From a virus, in the IMG/VR virus record IMGVR_UViG_3300025890_000007, positions 1 through 37,108 of that record: a stretch of 37,108 nucleotides of DNA; one strand, 5' to 3'. This document shows positions 8,161 through 18,116 of this stretch, piece after piece. The position numbers and the translations under genes were made by a program. Position 1 is the stretch's first letter. Each line of letters starts with the position of its first letter. Below the pieces are notes generated by a model. It had not been told where the DNA came from and searched no databases. It worked only from the letters and a program-made list of their open reading frames with translations.

Positions 8161-9376
8161 TACGCATCACACAGTAAGAAACATTGGCATAGTATTCTTC
8201 GATTTCACGATTCGCTTGTTCTGTAGTCAGATCTTCCAGCCGTGCTAACTCCTTGGCATCGTCATCCTTCAGTAGATTCTGTGTTTCCAGTTCTCGGATT
8301 CCGCTATCCAGTTCTGCATCAGATTGTTTTTCAATAGCTGCAATGAATTCATCGACCAAGGGTTCTGGTTCCTCAAGTTTTGCTACTGTGTAGTCAGGGG
8401 TCAGTTCTTCTACTTCATAAGCAAGCCTTTGCATTTCTGAGAATTCTTCTGATGTCAGGTTTTCCTGCTCCTCAAAACGTTTCTCTAGTTCAGCTAACCG
8501 AGTTTGCTTTACTTCATCTCCTGAGATAACAGGTTGCATTTCTGCACTGACATCAATCGGCTTTCCTGCTCTCTGTTGAAGCAACGCCTTCCTGACTGCA
8601 TTAGCACGGTTTTCCGGAGGAACTCTCTCAATAAACTGCTGAAGTTGACCAGGAGGATCAGTAATGGTTGATGGGACATCTGGGTCATAAGCACGGGCTT
8701 CCTCCAGAGTAGGGATTCTTCCTGGGTAACTGTCCTCTGGTTTTACTCGACCCAACAATGCTCCCAACCCTCCACCGAGACCCGTAGCAATTCCAATATC
8801 AAACAAGACATCTTGAGCATCATATTTCTGCTGATAACTCGCCCGTTCTGCCATTAGTAAGGGAGAAGCCAAGGTAGTCAACAAGGCAGCATCTGCTGCT
8901 CCCAATAGTGCTCTGGAACTACGAGCACCAATCCCAGCATACTGTAAGGCTCTTCTCGGTTTATCGAACTGACCGAGCAATGGGATGTAGTTCAACGGAT
9001 CTGGGACTGCACCAGCAATCACTCCTCCGTAAAAGGCAATGTAGTCTGTAAAGTCCTGAGCTTGTTCCAAATAATAGGCGTACTCTCTTTCAGCATCCAT
9101 CCGGTCTTTCAGAAGTCTCGCCTTTGCTTCTGTAAACGAGTCATCCCACTTAATTTGCGGATCAAAAAACTCAGAGTCCTTGTATTCTTCTTCAGTGATC
9201 TTTCCACCACGCATTTCAGAAATGGCTACATCTGCCATTGAAGCAGGAAGTAGGATCGACATATCACTGAACATTTTCTTTGCACCTTGCTTGAGCATGA
9301 ACCCGAAACTTGGGTCATAGTTTTCTACAAGAGGTGCTTGCCCTACATAATTTGGCTCTGGAACGTACCCGATCAT
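8153..9376 (-). CDS. Internal virion / ejection protein candidate with a hydrophobic central segment
   Basis: 407 aa. It has Gly/Ala/Leu-rich stretches (YGGVIAGAVPDP, LLGAADAALLTTLASPLL, IGIATGLGGGLGALLG) followed by an acidic coiled-coil tail. Confidence 0.5.
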   Translation of the reverse strand: MIGYVPEPNYVGQAPLVENYDPSFGFMLKQGAKKMFSDMSILLPASMADVAISEMRGGKITEEEYKDSEFFDPQIKWDDSFTEAKARLLKDRMDAEREYAYYLEQAQDFTDYIAFYGGVIAGAVPDPLNYIPLLGQFDKPRRALQYAGIGARSSRALLGAADAALLTTLASPLLMAERASYQQKYDAQDVLFDIGIATGLGGGLGALLGRVKPEDSYPGRIPTLEEARAYDPDVPSTITDPPGQLQQFIERVPPENRANAVRKALLQQRAGKPIDVSAEMQPVISGDEVKQTRLAELEKRFEEQENLTSEEFSEMQRLAYEVEELTPDYTVAKLEEPEPLVDEFIAAIEKQSDAELDSGIRELETQNLLKDDDAKELARLEDLTTEQANREIEEYYANVSYCVMRNG

Positions 9377-12294
9377 TGTCCCTCATTGAACAAACGATTG
9401 ATCTCTGTATCCAAAGCCTGACGGGATTTGATATTTGCTAAATTCTGGGCTGCTTTCTCCAATAATCGGTCTATGGCTTTCCGTGCTTTCTTCGAGTCTT
9501 TACCGTTGGCAATAATAGCTCTGGCTGTTCCGACATATCGATCAATCATGTCTCTGTCTGCAGAATAGTCTCCGGTCTCTTCCGCTTTTTGTTCAAGCTG
9601 ACGGATTGGGGCAGACAATGCCTGATCTACTTCTTCCATCAGTTCTGGGATCAATCCCTTCGGCTGATTCTTGGAACCTGTAGCCTTGGCTTCTGCTCTT
9701 GGATCAATGACTTCGTCACGGACTCCTGACTGAATACTTTCTACAATTGAATCTGCGGTTTCTTGAAGAGCCTTTAGTGCTGGTGACGCTAAATCCTTAG
9801 TTTCTTTCTTTATAGTTTCACCTACGTTCTCTGGCCCTAAAATTTCACTTAGTATCCCTGCTGTCCCAGGAGGTGTTTCATCCACTACTGAAGCAAGTGC
9901 TCTCAATTCACTCCAGGTAATTTCTCCTTTTTCAGAAGCTACTGGAACAAACAGAAGAGAATCCGGATCTTGAGAATATAAAATCAAACCTGTGTCCAAC
10001 GGACTGTTTGACCATCGGAAGATCCGATCTTCTGCAGTTGCTTTGATTGCTGGATTGTCAATGGATTCCAAGGCTTGCTGTGCTGCTACCGTCAAGGCGT
10101 CTTGAAACTGACCGTCTTCAAGATTCTCCATCTCTGCTCTTGGTATCCGGACCTTGTATCCGTCATCAAACCCAGGAGTCAGAAAGGCGAACTGTTTTCC
10201 AAGAATATGATCATTAGCCATTTCTACGGCATCATTGAACGACTGTCCTTCTTCCATCAACATCAAGGTATATCCCTTGACCATCTCCAAAGTACTGTTG
10301 ACCAATTGCTTCGATGAAGTATCCCCGATTGCCATGGACTGACGGAACCCGTCAAAAATGTCATTGCTGACAATGGCTATACTGAAGTCCTTTGACTGAA
10401 CTGCTCCCAAGATCTCTGCTTGCCGTTTGTTCAACTCTGGCCGGATCAGTTCGGAAGTTCTCATTCTCTGCAGGATCGCATTGCTGTGAGGCATCGTGTA
10501 GTGGTACGCAGAGAGTTCCAGCCCAATTCCTCCATTCTTTTTATCTCTGGAAAACTCTTCCATCAGTAACGGAGCAAACTTTCCTGCTGGTTCTAAGTAG
10601 GTCCGAAGTGCCATGGCATACGGGACTCCCTCTCTGATGTTCCCTAGTTCATTGAGCAGCACTTCCTTGACTTGATTCGGCAACAGATTGATCCGGCCCT
10701 TGCGTACCTCTTCTGCTAACTGAAAGGGGATGTGTCCTTCTCCAGTTAAATACCTTGTCTGCTCTCGGATGCTGCCTTCTAAAGAGGACTCATCAAAGTA
10801 CTCTAAAGCGTTTTGTTTCGGACTTTTCTCTGCGTAGTAAGCTGCAGGGTCTTTTGCTCTGGATTCTCGGATCTGCTTGTGATGATTGATGTAGCGCAAA
10901 TAGGCTCTTTCCTTTAACTCTATCGCAGGATCTCCTCCTTCTATCGAATAGTACTCTGGTGGTTTCCGTGCCAGTGCTGTTTCCACAGTCAGTCGGTTTG
11001 CCTTCAGAGGGTCTGCCATCTCATAAGCTAGAGATTCCACATAATCAAAAGCCATCTGGTACTTTGCCCGAAAGGGTCTTCCGTTTTTTGTCTCTGGTAG
11101 CAGTTCGATGTTCTGGTCAAAGTCATTGGCTAGTCTGGCTAACTGGGCTTTTGGTCTCATCATTTGACCAAGAACTCGGTCAATCACTTCTTGTGCTCCA
11201 GATGCCCGATCTGCGTTGATGCCTTCCAGTGCCTTGGTTGCCTTGTCGAAGAGCCTTAGTCGTTCTTGAATTTTCAACCCAGGGAGCATCGACTCCTTCC
11301 CAGGTTCCTGTGCATTCCAAAGATCTAGAAACTGTTGAGGATCTGAATCGATCAGGCGTTCCCCAAACTCTCGGTCTACTTCTGCTTCTGCTTCTTGTAA
11401 TTTCAAAACCGTTGAATTCTGGTCGAAAAGACCTTTGCCTCCAGACACCTCCGGACCATACTCGTTGATCAACTGACGGTATCGGGTAAGCCTTTCCTCT
11501 CTGGAAAGCTCAATGGACATGATGTCGTTGTAGGATTCGCTAAACGATGCTTGATTGGCATCTGTGGTACGAACATCAAACAAACGAAGACCTTGGTTCA
11601 ATTCCCGATTGATAATGTCCAAACCCCATGCTTCAACATCTGTCTTCAGAGCACCACTAAGACCTGTGGTCGCATCATTCAAATAACCCAGCAACTCTTC
11701 TCTTCTTTGGTCTATGAACGCACTTTTCTCATTGGGATAGTTGTTGATGTCAAAAGACTCGGTTTCATTGAGCAATGTAGTATTGAAAAACTTTTTGGCA
11801 TTTAACCGATTAACGTCTTGTTCCCTTCTTGTTCGTAAGGCCAAAACCTTGGACAAATTGTTTACTTCAAATCTTTTGAAATAGACCTCCATGTCCTTTT
11901 CTGAAATTCCGTACTTCTGTTGCAACTTCTGAAATCTGGAATCTTCCCCTTCTGGTGCTCCGTAGTACCACTCATGAATTCTCTGTTCATCTTCCAAAGC
12001 AGATGCCGAGGGAGCAGTCTCAAAACTCTTCTGTAAATCAATGCTGTCTCGGTTCAGATCCAGGCTCAATAATTCCAGTTCCCTTCGTTTCTCTTCTCTC
12101 TTTTCTTCAGCATAATTCTGAAAAATCGCATCACCGATAGAGAAGATGCCCTTGCCGAGTTGCTTCAGTGATTCCAGTTTTGCATAGTTTGCAGAGGTCT
12201 GGAGGTCCAGAGGTTGTGTCCTCGGAGAAGAAACCGGAGACAGTCGGTTCTGTGAGGGTCTCTGCAGATTGGTCTGGTCGAAAGGTAGTCTCAT
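9373..12294 (-). CDS. Large internal virion protein candidate (gp15 position)
   Basis: 973 aa, helical and charged, translationally coupled on both sides. Confidence 0.5.
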   Translation of the reverse strand: MRLPFDQTNLQRPSQNRLSPVSSPRTQPLDLQTSANYAKLESLKQLGKGIFSIGDAIFQNYAEEKREEKRRELELLSLDLNRDSIDLQKSFETAPSASALEDEQRIHEWYYGAPEGEDSRFQKLQQKYGISEKDMEVYFKRFEVNNLSKVLALRTRREQDVNRLNAKKFFNTTLLNETESFDINNYPNEKSAFIDQRREELLGYLNDATTGLSGALKTDVEAWGLDIINRELNQGLRLFDVRTTDANQASFSESYNDIMSIELSREERLTRYRQLINEYGPEVSGGKGLFDQNSTVLKLQEAEAEVDREFGERLIDSDPQQFLDLWNAQEPGKESMLPGLKIQERLRLFDKATKALEGINADRASGAQEVIDRVLGQMMRPKAQLARLANDFDQNIELLPETKNGRPFRAKYQMAFDYVESLAYEMADPLKANRLTVETALARKPPEYYSIEGGDPAIELKERAYLRYINHHKQIRESRAKDPAAYYAEKSPKQNALEYFDESSLEGSIREQTRYLTGEGHIPFQLAEEVRKGRINLLPNQVKEVLLNELGNIREGVPYAMALRTYLEPAGKFAPLLMEEFSRDKKNGGIGLELSAYHYTMPHSNAILQRMRTSELIRPELNKRQAEILGAVQSKDFSIAIVSNDIFDGFRQSMAIGDTSSKQLVNSTLEMVKGYTLMLMEEGQSFNDAVEMANDHILGKQFAFLTPGFDDGYKVRIPRAEMENLEDGQFQDALTVAAQQALESIDNPAIKATAEDRIFRWSNSPLDTGLILYSQDPDSLLFVPVASEKGEITWSELRALASVVDETPPGTAGILSEILGPENVGETIKKETKDLASPALKALQETADSIVESIQSGVRDEVIDPRAEAKATGSKNQPKGLIPELMEEVDQALSAPIRQLEQKAEETGDYSADRDMIDRYVGTARAIIANGKDSKKARKAIDRLLEKAAQNLANIKSRQALDTEINRLFNEGQ

Positions 12295-12890
12295 TTGAAT
12301 GCCCCGAATCCTGAGATTCCACTACTGGCCCCCTGGAACAGTGCTCCAAATAGAGATTGATCTCTGGAACCCCGTGTTGCTCCTGCTGCTCCTCGTAGGA
12401 CTCCAGCTTGGCCCTGAGCTTGTCTCCAGTTGATTGCTGCCTGTTTGACCTTCATGTCTGCCTGGAGTTGTCCCTGCAGTCTCGTTCTTGCTGCTTCGTA
12501 ACGAGTGTTGTAATTGATCATCCTCTGGTTGTACTGATTCTGAAACTCCTGAGAGATCTGGACGTTTGCTGGAGTACCAACATTGACACTTGCTCCAGAA
12601 GATCCGGCTCTGGCCCGAATCCTACCGATCCTTGCCTTTCCTGCGATCTCTTCCTGAGCTAGTGCAGTCATTCCGGCAAATTCCACCTGTCTGGCGTTCT
12701 CGGCAGAAACCCGTTGTATCAACTGAGCTTCTTCTAGGGAAAACTGATAGTTCTCTTTTCCTGCCCGTAAAATCTCTGCCGCTTGTTGCTCGTAGTTCTG
12801 GGCTTGCAGCGCATTCTGTTGCGCTGTTGTGTACATGTTGAAACCAGTTTCAACTCCCTTGTAAATCAGGAATGCGGTAGCGAGTTCCAT
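12291..12890 (-). CDS. Internal virion protein candidate (gp13/gp14 position)
   Basis: 199 aa, Gln/Ala-rich coiled coil, directly downstream of the tubular B-like gene (TAATG overlap at 12890). Confidence 0.45.
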   Translation of the reverse strand: MELATAFLIYKGVETGFNMYTTAQQNALQAQNYEQQAAEILRAGKENYQFSLEEAQLIQRVSAENARQVEFAGMTALAQEEIAGKARIGRIRARAGSSGASVNVGTPANVQISQEFQNQYNQRMINYNTRYEAARTRLQGQLQADMKVKQAAINWRQAQGQAGVLRGAAGATRGSRDQSLFGALFQGASSGISGFGAFK

Positions 12891-15853
12891 TATTCGTTAG
12901 TCTCGTAATCGATGGCTAAAAGAAGAATATTTGTGGGATACGGCTGATCTTGCCGGATGTACAACTGTGCTTCGGTTCCATAGTCATCTCTCAGGGTGTA
13001 GCTTTTCTCTCCCGTGAAAAATAACAGTGCTGCCCCGATTCGATCTGCTGTCGTTCTAAATACGGCTTCTGTCAGATTCGATGTGTTTGCTCCGAAGATT
13101 ACTCCGATAGACTCCAGATAGTTGATAGTTGCAGTGTCCAAGAGATACGGAGTGCTTCCGTACTTGAAACCGAGGGAGTCGAGTAGCTTGATGACAAACT
13201 TGTGAATCCGCTTTTTGTTGCCTACAGAGGTTCCAGCCGAGGTCGGTTGGACCATCGGGAGCGTTTGGAGATTGCTGTTGTATCCGAGTCCAATTCGGTA
13301 TTTGGTTGCTGCGGTCTGTAGTGTGACTTCTCCGGAGGAATTGACGGTCTGGTTCGGTTGCACTGAAGCATCTGCCAGAATGGAAACCGATTCTCCAGAA
13401 AGGTGCGATAAACCAGTAACGGCAGTAGTAGCTGTGGTTTGGCTAGTTGGCTCTTCCAGACCAGAATCAACAAAATGAGCATCTGTTGGATCGATCTCGT
13501 CACCGACATAGTATCTTTCCATGAATTCGACATAGCGGACCTCTGTGCATTTGCGGAGAGTCGTTACCGAGACATCCGTTGTTGATCCGGAGACGGTGAT
13601 TGCAGATCCTCCAGATGTTGCTGAAAGTTGGAAAGTATCGGTAGTAGCACTGACAACGTAGTAGAGAGTATCGGCACTGAACCCATCGATGGCTGTTCCA
13701 TCAAAGGCAACAGTATTCCCGTTAGTAAGTCCATGGGAGGTATTGCTAAAAAAGTCAGTGGATTGATTGAAGGTACATGATGCTAGTGCTGTTTCTCGTT
13801 TGTGCCGTTTAACCACCATCCAAAGTTGATCGTGTGTATTCCGTGGGATGACTGCAATCGATTCGACCTTGGCGTGATTTCCGTAGGTACTGTCGTAGTG
13901 GGTTCCGGCTATCGTGTGTAAATGCCATGCTCTCATCTGCAACAGGTCGACATACGTGATCCCTGCTAACTTCCCATCGGTTCTTCTACACCAGAGAACG
14001 GAGTACGGCTGATCTTGGTAGGCTGTTCCAATAATACCGGATTCTGTTAGATTCTCTGCTCTCAAAGAAAGATCTGCTGCTGCGTACTGATCCTGCAATT
14101 TATCGAATGCTAACTCTCTGATTTTTCTGCCGTTCTGTTGAACGTAGAGCAGGTTATTGCCGATTTTTGACGGAAGCGCAGTAGCATCGGTAGCCCAGGC
14201 ACTGACCTTGGCAATCGTGAAATTGAACGGAGTGACAGTTAAATCGTCATCTGCTCCATAGATCTGGAAGATTCCACCGGAAGTGCCGAGGGTCATTCTA
14301 CGGTCCTCGTTCATCCATTCAATCAAATCGACTGTGTCTGAAGAGATCGTTAGCGAAAGAGCATTGTTTTCAAAAATCTGCTCCCCAATGATCGTCTGGC
14401 CAGAAGAATCCGTTCTGCCTGTGGATTGACCCAAGGGTTCCGATGCTGCGAAGTTATTGAAGTCTCCTGTCTGAGAAAAAAAGATGGTCTGGGGTTCTGA
14501 AGACGTTCCTCCAAAAACAAGTCTCTGCTGAAAGATCTGAACGGTTCTGGGGTATCCAGAGGTCTCTGAAAAACTGCCGAGTTGCCATTCTGTAGTGGTT
14601 CCTGGGGTCGATAGAGCCGATTTTGTTTTAGCTAGAATCGTGGTGGTCGGATTGCTACTGTCCAGTTCTAAGATCTCGGCATATCCCCATTTGATCTGTG
14701 GAGGAACCTGCAGGTTCAAGCGGATGACTCGTCCGACATCAGTGCTCTGGAAACCAAGGTCCAGATTGATTCCGGTGGTATCGGAAGCCAGTATTTTGAT
14801 GTAGGCATTCTTGTCGATGATGTCTTGGAAAAAGACTACGTCTGTGGTCGGTGCAGCATTGATCAACAGAGGTGTGCCACCAGAGGATGTCGAGAGTTTA
14901 AAGGTGTTCTGCGTTGCCTGGATGATGTAGTAATCGCTTCCTGCGGTAATGCGAGTGGCAATCTCTACGTCTCCAGAAGTGGTCTGGCTTGTACCGGAAG
15001 TCACCTCAAAAGTATCGACATCGACATAAGTAATGTTAAAGAACCCGTTGACTCCATCACCACTGGTAAAGTCCAGATACACTTCTGCTCCATCAGCAAT
15101 GCCGTGTCCTGCTTTAGTGACAGTGACTGTGGTCGTTGATTGCGAATACGTTCCTGCTACGGGATTCCCTGCTAGTCCGGTTGCTCCGGTGAAACGAACC
15201 TTCTGCCCATTGACAAAGGGATGATTGCTGGAGGTAAACGAATTGGTCCCTGGGTCTACGTTGGAAGAAGTGACCGTAATGATCTCTTCTGCAGTCAATG
15301 TTGAATTGGTAAACGACTCTGTCCAGTTTGCTCTATCTGCTAGAGAAACCGTCATCGTGGTGTCTTCTGTATTGACCGGAAAGTAAGGACCGTCCTTTAA
15401 AACCAGTTCCGTCAAGGACCACGAAGCAACGTCTAAACGTTTTAATTCTCTCGGAGGATGAGTCGGATGACAGATGAAGAGTACGTCTGCGGATTGAGTA
15501 AAACTGAGATCGGCTAACTGAGCCGTAGTGTACGTGGTAACGACTTCGTAGGGAGAACCACCGGATTCGATGATTCCATCATTTGCATAGAAACGAAGTT
15601 TGTTATTAGAAAATTCTAGGATGACCGAAGTCCCTTGACCCCGATTGAACGGGACCAAACGGACCTGGGCATTGGAAGGAGTGCTGTTGGCAAAGAACGT
15701 CCCTGGTCTCCGAGTTACGGAACCCTGGGGAAGAACGACCATGTTCTCAAGAAGAGCCAAGGAAGATCGATAGGACTCCAGTTCCACCATCCCCTGCATT
15801 CTCGGAGAGATCATCCCATCTGCAAAGGAAGACTGAAGTGCTTGAATCCTCAT
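12890..15853 (-). CDS. Tail tubular protein B-like (nozzle, T7 gp12 position) with inserted repeat domains
   Basis: The N-terminus (LQSSFADGMISPRMQGMVELESYRSSLALLENMVVLPQGSVTRRPG) resembles the conserved start of podovirus gp12-type proteins. The size (987 aa) and position fit. Confidence 0.7.
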   Translation of the reverse strand: MRIQALQSSFADGMISPRMQGMVELESYRSSLALLENMVVLPQGSVTRRPGTFFANSTPSNAQVRLVPFNRGQGTSVILEFSNNKLRFYANDGIIESGGSPYEVVTTYTTAQLADLSFTQSADVLFICHPTHPPRELKRLDVASWSLTELVLKDGPYFPVNTEDTTMTVSLADRANWTESFTNSTLTAEEIITVTSSNVDPGTNSFTSSNHPFVNGQKVRFTGATGLAGNPVAGTYSQSTTTVTVTKAGHGIADGAEVYLDFTSGDGVNGFFNITYVDVDTFEVTSGTSQTTSGDVEIATRITAGSDYYIIQATQNTFKLSTSSGGTPLLINAAPTTDVVFFQDIIDKNAYIKILASDTTGINLDLGFQSTDVGRVIRLNLQVPPQIKWGYAEILELDSSNPTTTILAKTKSALSTPGTTTEWQLGSFSETSGYPRTVQIFQQRLVFGGTSSEPQTIFFSQTGDFNNFAASEPLGQSTGRTDSSGQTIIGEQIFENNALSLTISSDTVDLIEWMNEDRRMTLGTSGGIFQIYGADDDLTVTPFNFTIAKVSAWATDATALPSKIGNNLLYVQQNGRKIRELAFDKLQDQYAAADLSLRAENLTESGIIGTAYQDQPYSVLWCRRTDGKLAGITYVDLLQMRAWHLHTIAGTHYDSTYGNHAKVESIAVIPRNTHDQLWMVVKRHKRETALASCTFNQSTDFFSNTSHGLTNGNTVAFDGTAIDGFSADTLYYVVSATTDTFQLSATSGGSAITVSGSTTDVSVTTLRKCTEVRYVEFMERYYVGDEIDPTDAHFVDSGLEEPTSQTTATTAVTGLSHLSGESVSILADASVQPNQTVNSSGEVTLQTAATKYRIGLGYNSNLQTLPMVQPTSAGTSVGNKKRIHKFVIKLLDSLGFKYGSTPYLLDTATINYLESIGVIFGANTSNLTEAVFRTTADRIGAALLFFTGEKSYTLRDDYGTEAQLYIRQDQPYPTNILLLAIDYETNE

Positions 15854-16456
15854 CTACACCTCACTGGAAAACTTGGCTCTTCTGGGCTGAGAACCGACCA
15901 AACGGGCATTGATCAAACCATCGGCTACAAACTCGACAGGCATCGACCTCTCCTGAGAATCGACTCCTCTAGCTTCTGAAAGAATCTGAAGATACTTCGT
16001 AAACATCCTGTCCCGAAGATCCGCTCGACCTGTCAGATTTTCTGCAATCTCCGAAGCTAATTTGAGCGCAATGGCATGGACCAACAGAGAATCGAAATCA
16101 TTCGGATCAGTGATCTTTTTGATGTACTTCAGTTTAACTGAAGTACTGTCGGTCAGAATGTACCGACCCTCGACTTCGTATTCTTCAAAGTAGTTTTCAA
16201 TGTCCAGAACTCGGAGACAGTCACTCGGTAGAGCAAAGCGTTTGGCATAACCCCACACGGGAGCACTGACATCGGCAGAGAGTTCTACTCGGTGGACTGC
16301 ACAGTTCCAGGGATGAGACCGGAGGACCGAGTCTCGACAGTCTTCGTAGCGAAGATTGACAACTCTAGCCCTCTCGTTCTCTTCATTCAGTGCTGCAATT
16401 TTGGTCTCACCGACATTCGTCAGTGCGATATTACAGATCTGAACTACTGAAGACAT
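15854..16456 (-). CDS. Tail tubular protein A-like (adaptor, T7 gp11 position)
   Basis: 200 aa. ICNIALTNVGETKIAALNEENERARVVNLRYEDCRDSVLRSHPWNCA matches the usual N-terminal pattern of gp11-type adaptors. It sits immediately upstream of the gp12-like gene. Confidence 0.65.
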   Translation of the reverse strand: MSSVVQICNIALTNVGETKIAALNEENERARVVNLRYEDCRDSVLRSHPWNCAVHRVELSADVSAPVWGYAKRFALPSDCLRVLDIENYFEEYEVEGRYILTDSTSVKLKYIKKITDPNDFDSLLVHAIALKLASEIAENLTGRADLRDRMFTKYLQILSEARGVDSQERSMPVEFVADGLINARLVGSQPRRAKFSSEV

Positions 16457-16950
16457 CAGTCAATCACATAGACAATGTAACCGACCAGATCATCCCCATC
16501 GGCAATAGCCGTATCCTGACTGGTTGCTCGGACCACTACACCTCCCATTGACTGAAAGACATAGGTTCCGCCAGTGGCCTTGATTCCGGCTAAAGCACCT
16601 TCCATGTTGAAGTACCCTGCAGTATCTACTGAGAGACCATCGATCAGACCATCAGGATCAGCAGCAACTGCTGTGTTATCCCCGTCTGTATAAGCATCCC
16701 AACCAAGATCCAAGGTTGCAGAAGCAGTGGTCCAGTTACAGTACATGCGAGAAAGACCCAACAGAACTCGTACTCGTCCTGCCGGAAGTTTCCCGATGGC
16801 TACTGAAGAGGTAGCATCCCCAGCACCGTCCTGGTCATGGGTGAAGAACATTACACGGAGTCGACCTTGGTATTCGGTGGACTCGTTGTTGACTACCGGA
16901 TCAGCCGTAGCATTGGTGTACTCGGTAGTTTTTTGAGTGGTAACAGCCAT
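16456..16950 (-). CDS. Virion structural protein of unknown role (capsid-associated by position)
   Basis: 164 aa, beta-rich, 15 nt downstream of the capsid gene, with an ATGA overlap to the adaptor gene. Confidence 0.45.
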   Translation of the reverse strand: MAVTTQKTTEYTNATADPVVNNESTEYQGRLRVMFFTHDQDGAGDATSSVAIGKLPAGRVRVLLGLSRMYCNWTTASATLDLGWDAYTDGDNTAVAADPDGLIDGLSVDTAGYFNMEGALAGIKATGGTYVFQSMGGVVVRATSQDTAIADGDDLVGYIVYVID

Positions 16951-16965
16951 TAGTGAACTCCGTTA

Positions 16966-17838
16966 TTAAGATTCAACACAATCGATTTGAACAACCTTGG
17001 TCTCTTCCATCCGAGTTGCCCCAATGGACATGCAAGCATAGACCTGGGTAGCGTAGGACTTGTCAGGACGTTCATCGATTCTGACCGTCAAATCTTTGGC
17101 TACTGCCAACAGGACTCCGTCTACTGCATAAGCAAAGCAACTTCTGGTAGAACCAGACAAGCCTAGCCGAGTAGAGGTCACGAAGTTAAAGCCAAGAAAG
17201 TCAGTGACTTGGCCTTGGGCTAAAGATTTTACGGTGTTGAAATCAGAACTGGTGACTTCCGTGGTCGCTAACAGATCCTGGATCTGCTTCGGAGAAACTA
17301 CGATCACTCTAGGAATGCTCGGATCAACATCAGCGTTGTCCAGAATGAATTTGGCTTCCCGAAGTTTAGCGATGGTCATCGCAGTTGCACCAGCAGCAAT
17401 TACCTGAGAACCACCGTTGTATCCGGAGAGAGTCACCGAAGTTGTTCCGGTTTCGCCCGTAGACGCAGTTCCGGTTGCTGCACTGATGATGACATCGTCC
17501 ATCGCTCTACCGATTGCAAAAGCCTGAGCCTGTGCATACGAAGAAGTCGGATCGACAATCATCCGGAGTTTGTCCTGATCATCAATCAGATCTGCTACCT
17601 CGTAGTCTGCCAAACTCACTCGTCTTCGGGCATGAGGCGTATCGTTGATGATCGTGTCTGCTCCACGGGTTGTCCGGACGGAAGCAGTTTGAGAACCGAT
17701 TTGATCAAAAAAGGCTTGTTTTGCTCGGACCCCTTCCGTACGCACCAGACCACGCAAGCGTGATCCTTTCTGTTGGGCGAGGTGAGCTAGATTCTGGGAG
17801 TACTGCTGAACAAAAGCAGTCGTTACCTGATTAGACAT
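16966..17838 (-). CDS. Major capsid protein
   Basis: About 290 aa, after the scaffold gene. The composition and pattern are typical of HK97-fold podovirus capsids (QAFFDQIGSQTA..., YAQAQAFAIGRAMDDVIISAA). The start is taken as MSNQV at 17838; the open frame extends to ATG 17868, and neither start has a strong SD. Confidence 0.7.
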   Translation of the reverse strand: MSNQVTTAFVQQYSQNLAHLAQQKGSRLRGLVRTEGVRAKQAFFDQIGSQTASVRTTRGADTIINDTPHARRRVSLADYEVADLIDDQDKLRMIVDPTSSYAQAQAFAIGRAMDDVIISAATGTASTGETGTTSVTLSGYNGGSQVIAAGATAMTIAKLREAKFILDNADVDPSIPRVIVVSPKQIQDLLATTEVTSSDFNTVKSLAQGQVTDFLGFNFVTSTRLGLSGSTRSCFAYAVDGVLLAVAKDLTVRIDERPDKSYATQVYACMSIGATRMEETKVVQIDCVES

Positions 17839-17942
17839 AATCCAACCTGAGATGAGAATTGATCTCATGCCTATGATTGGAGTTGTCCTACATCAGATGT
17901 CTGATGTCTCAGGATTCCGATAGGAAGCAGAAGAAGTACGGG

Positions 17943-18116
17943 TCAGGATCTGGTTGTCCGTTTCCGTTCCTTTTGCATGAGGGAATCGGTGGGCTTTGTG
18001 ACCCACTGGTAGTATCGATCAGCAAGTTCAATGGGGTTACTGATAACGGCCAATGTACCGTTTTCTACTGCGATACGCAAGCATTCTAATCGAAGCTGAA
18101 TCTGCTCTTCTGTCAT
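17943..18116 (-). CDS. 57-aa hypothetical protein between scaffold and capsid (not in the ORF track)
   Basis: Hand translation gives MTEEQIQLRLECLRIAVENGTLAVISNPIELADRYYQWVTKPTDSLMQKERKRTTRS. Its ATG overlaps the scaffold stop (ATGA at 18113-18116). Confidence 0.5.
   Translation of the reverse strand: MTEEQIQLRLECLRIAVENGTLAVISNPIELADRYYQWVTKPTDSLMQKERKRTTRS

Noticed and set aside
17877-18089. A 70-aa + strand ORF between the capsid and scaffold genes.
   Set aside because: A - strand 57-aa ORF (17943-18116) with an ATGA overlap to the scaffold stop fits the operon better.
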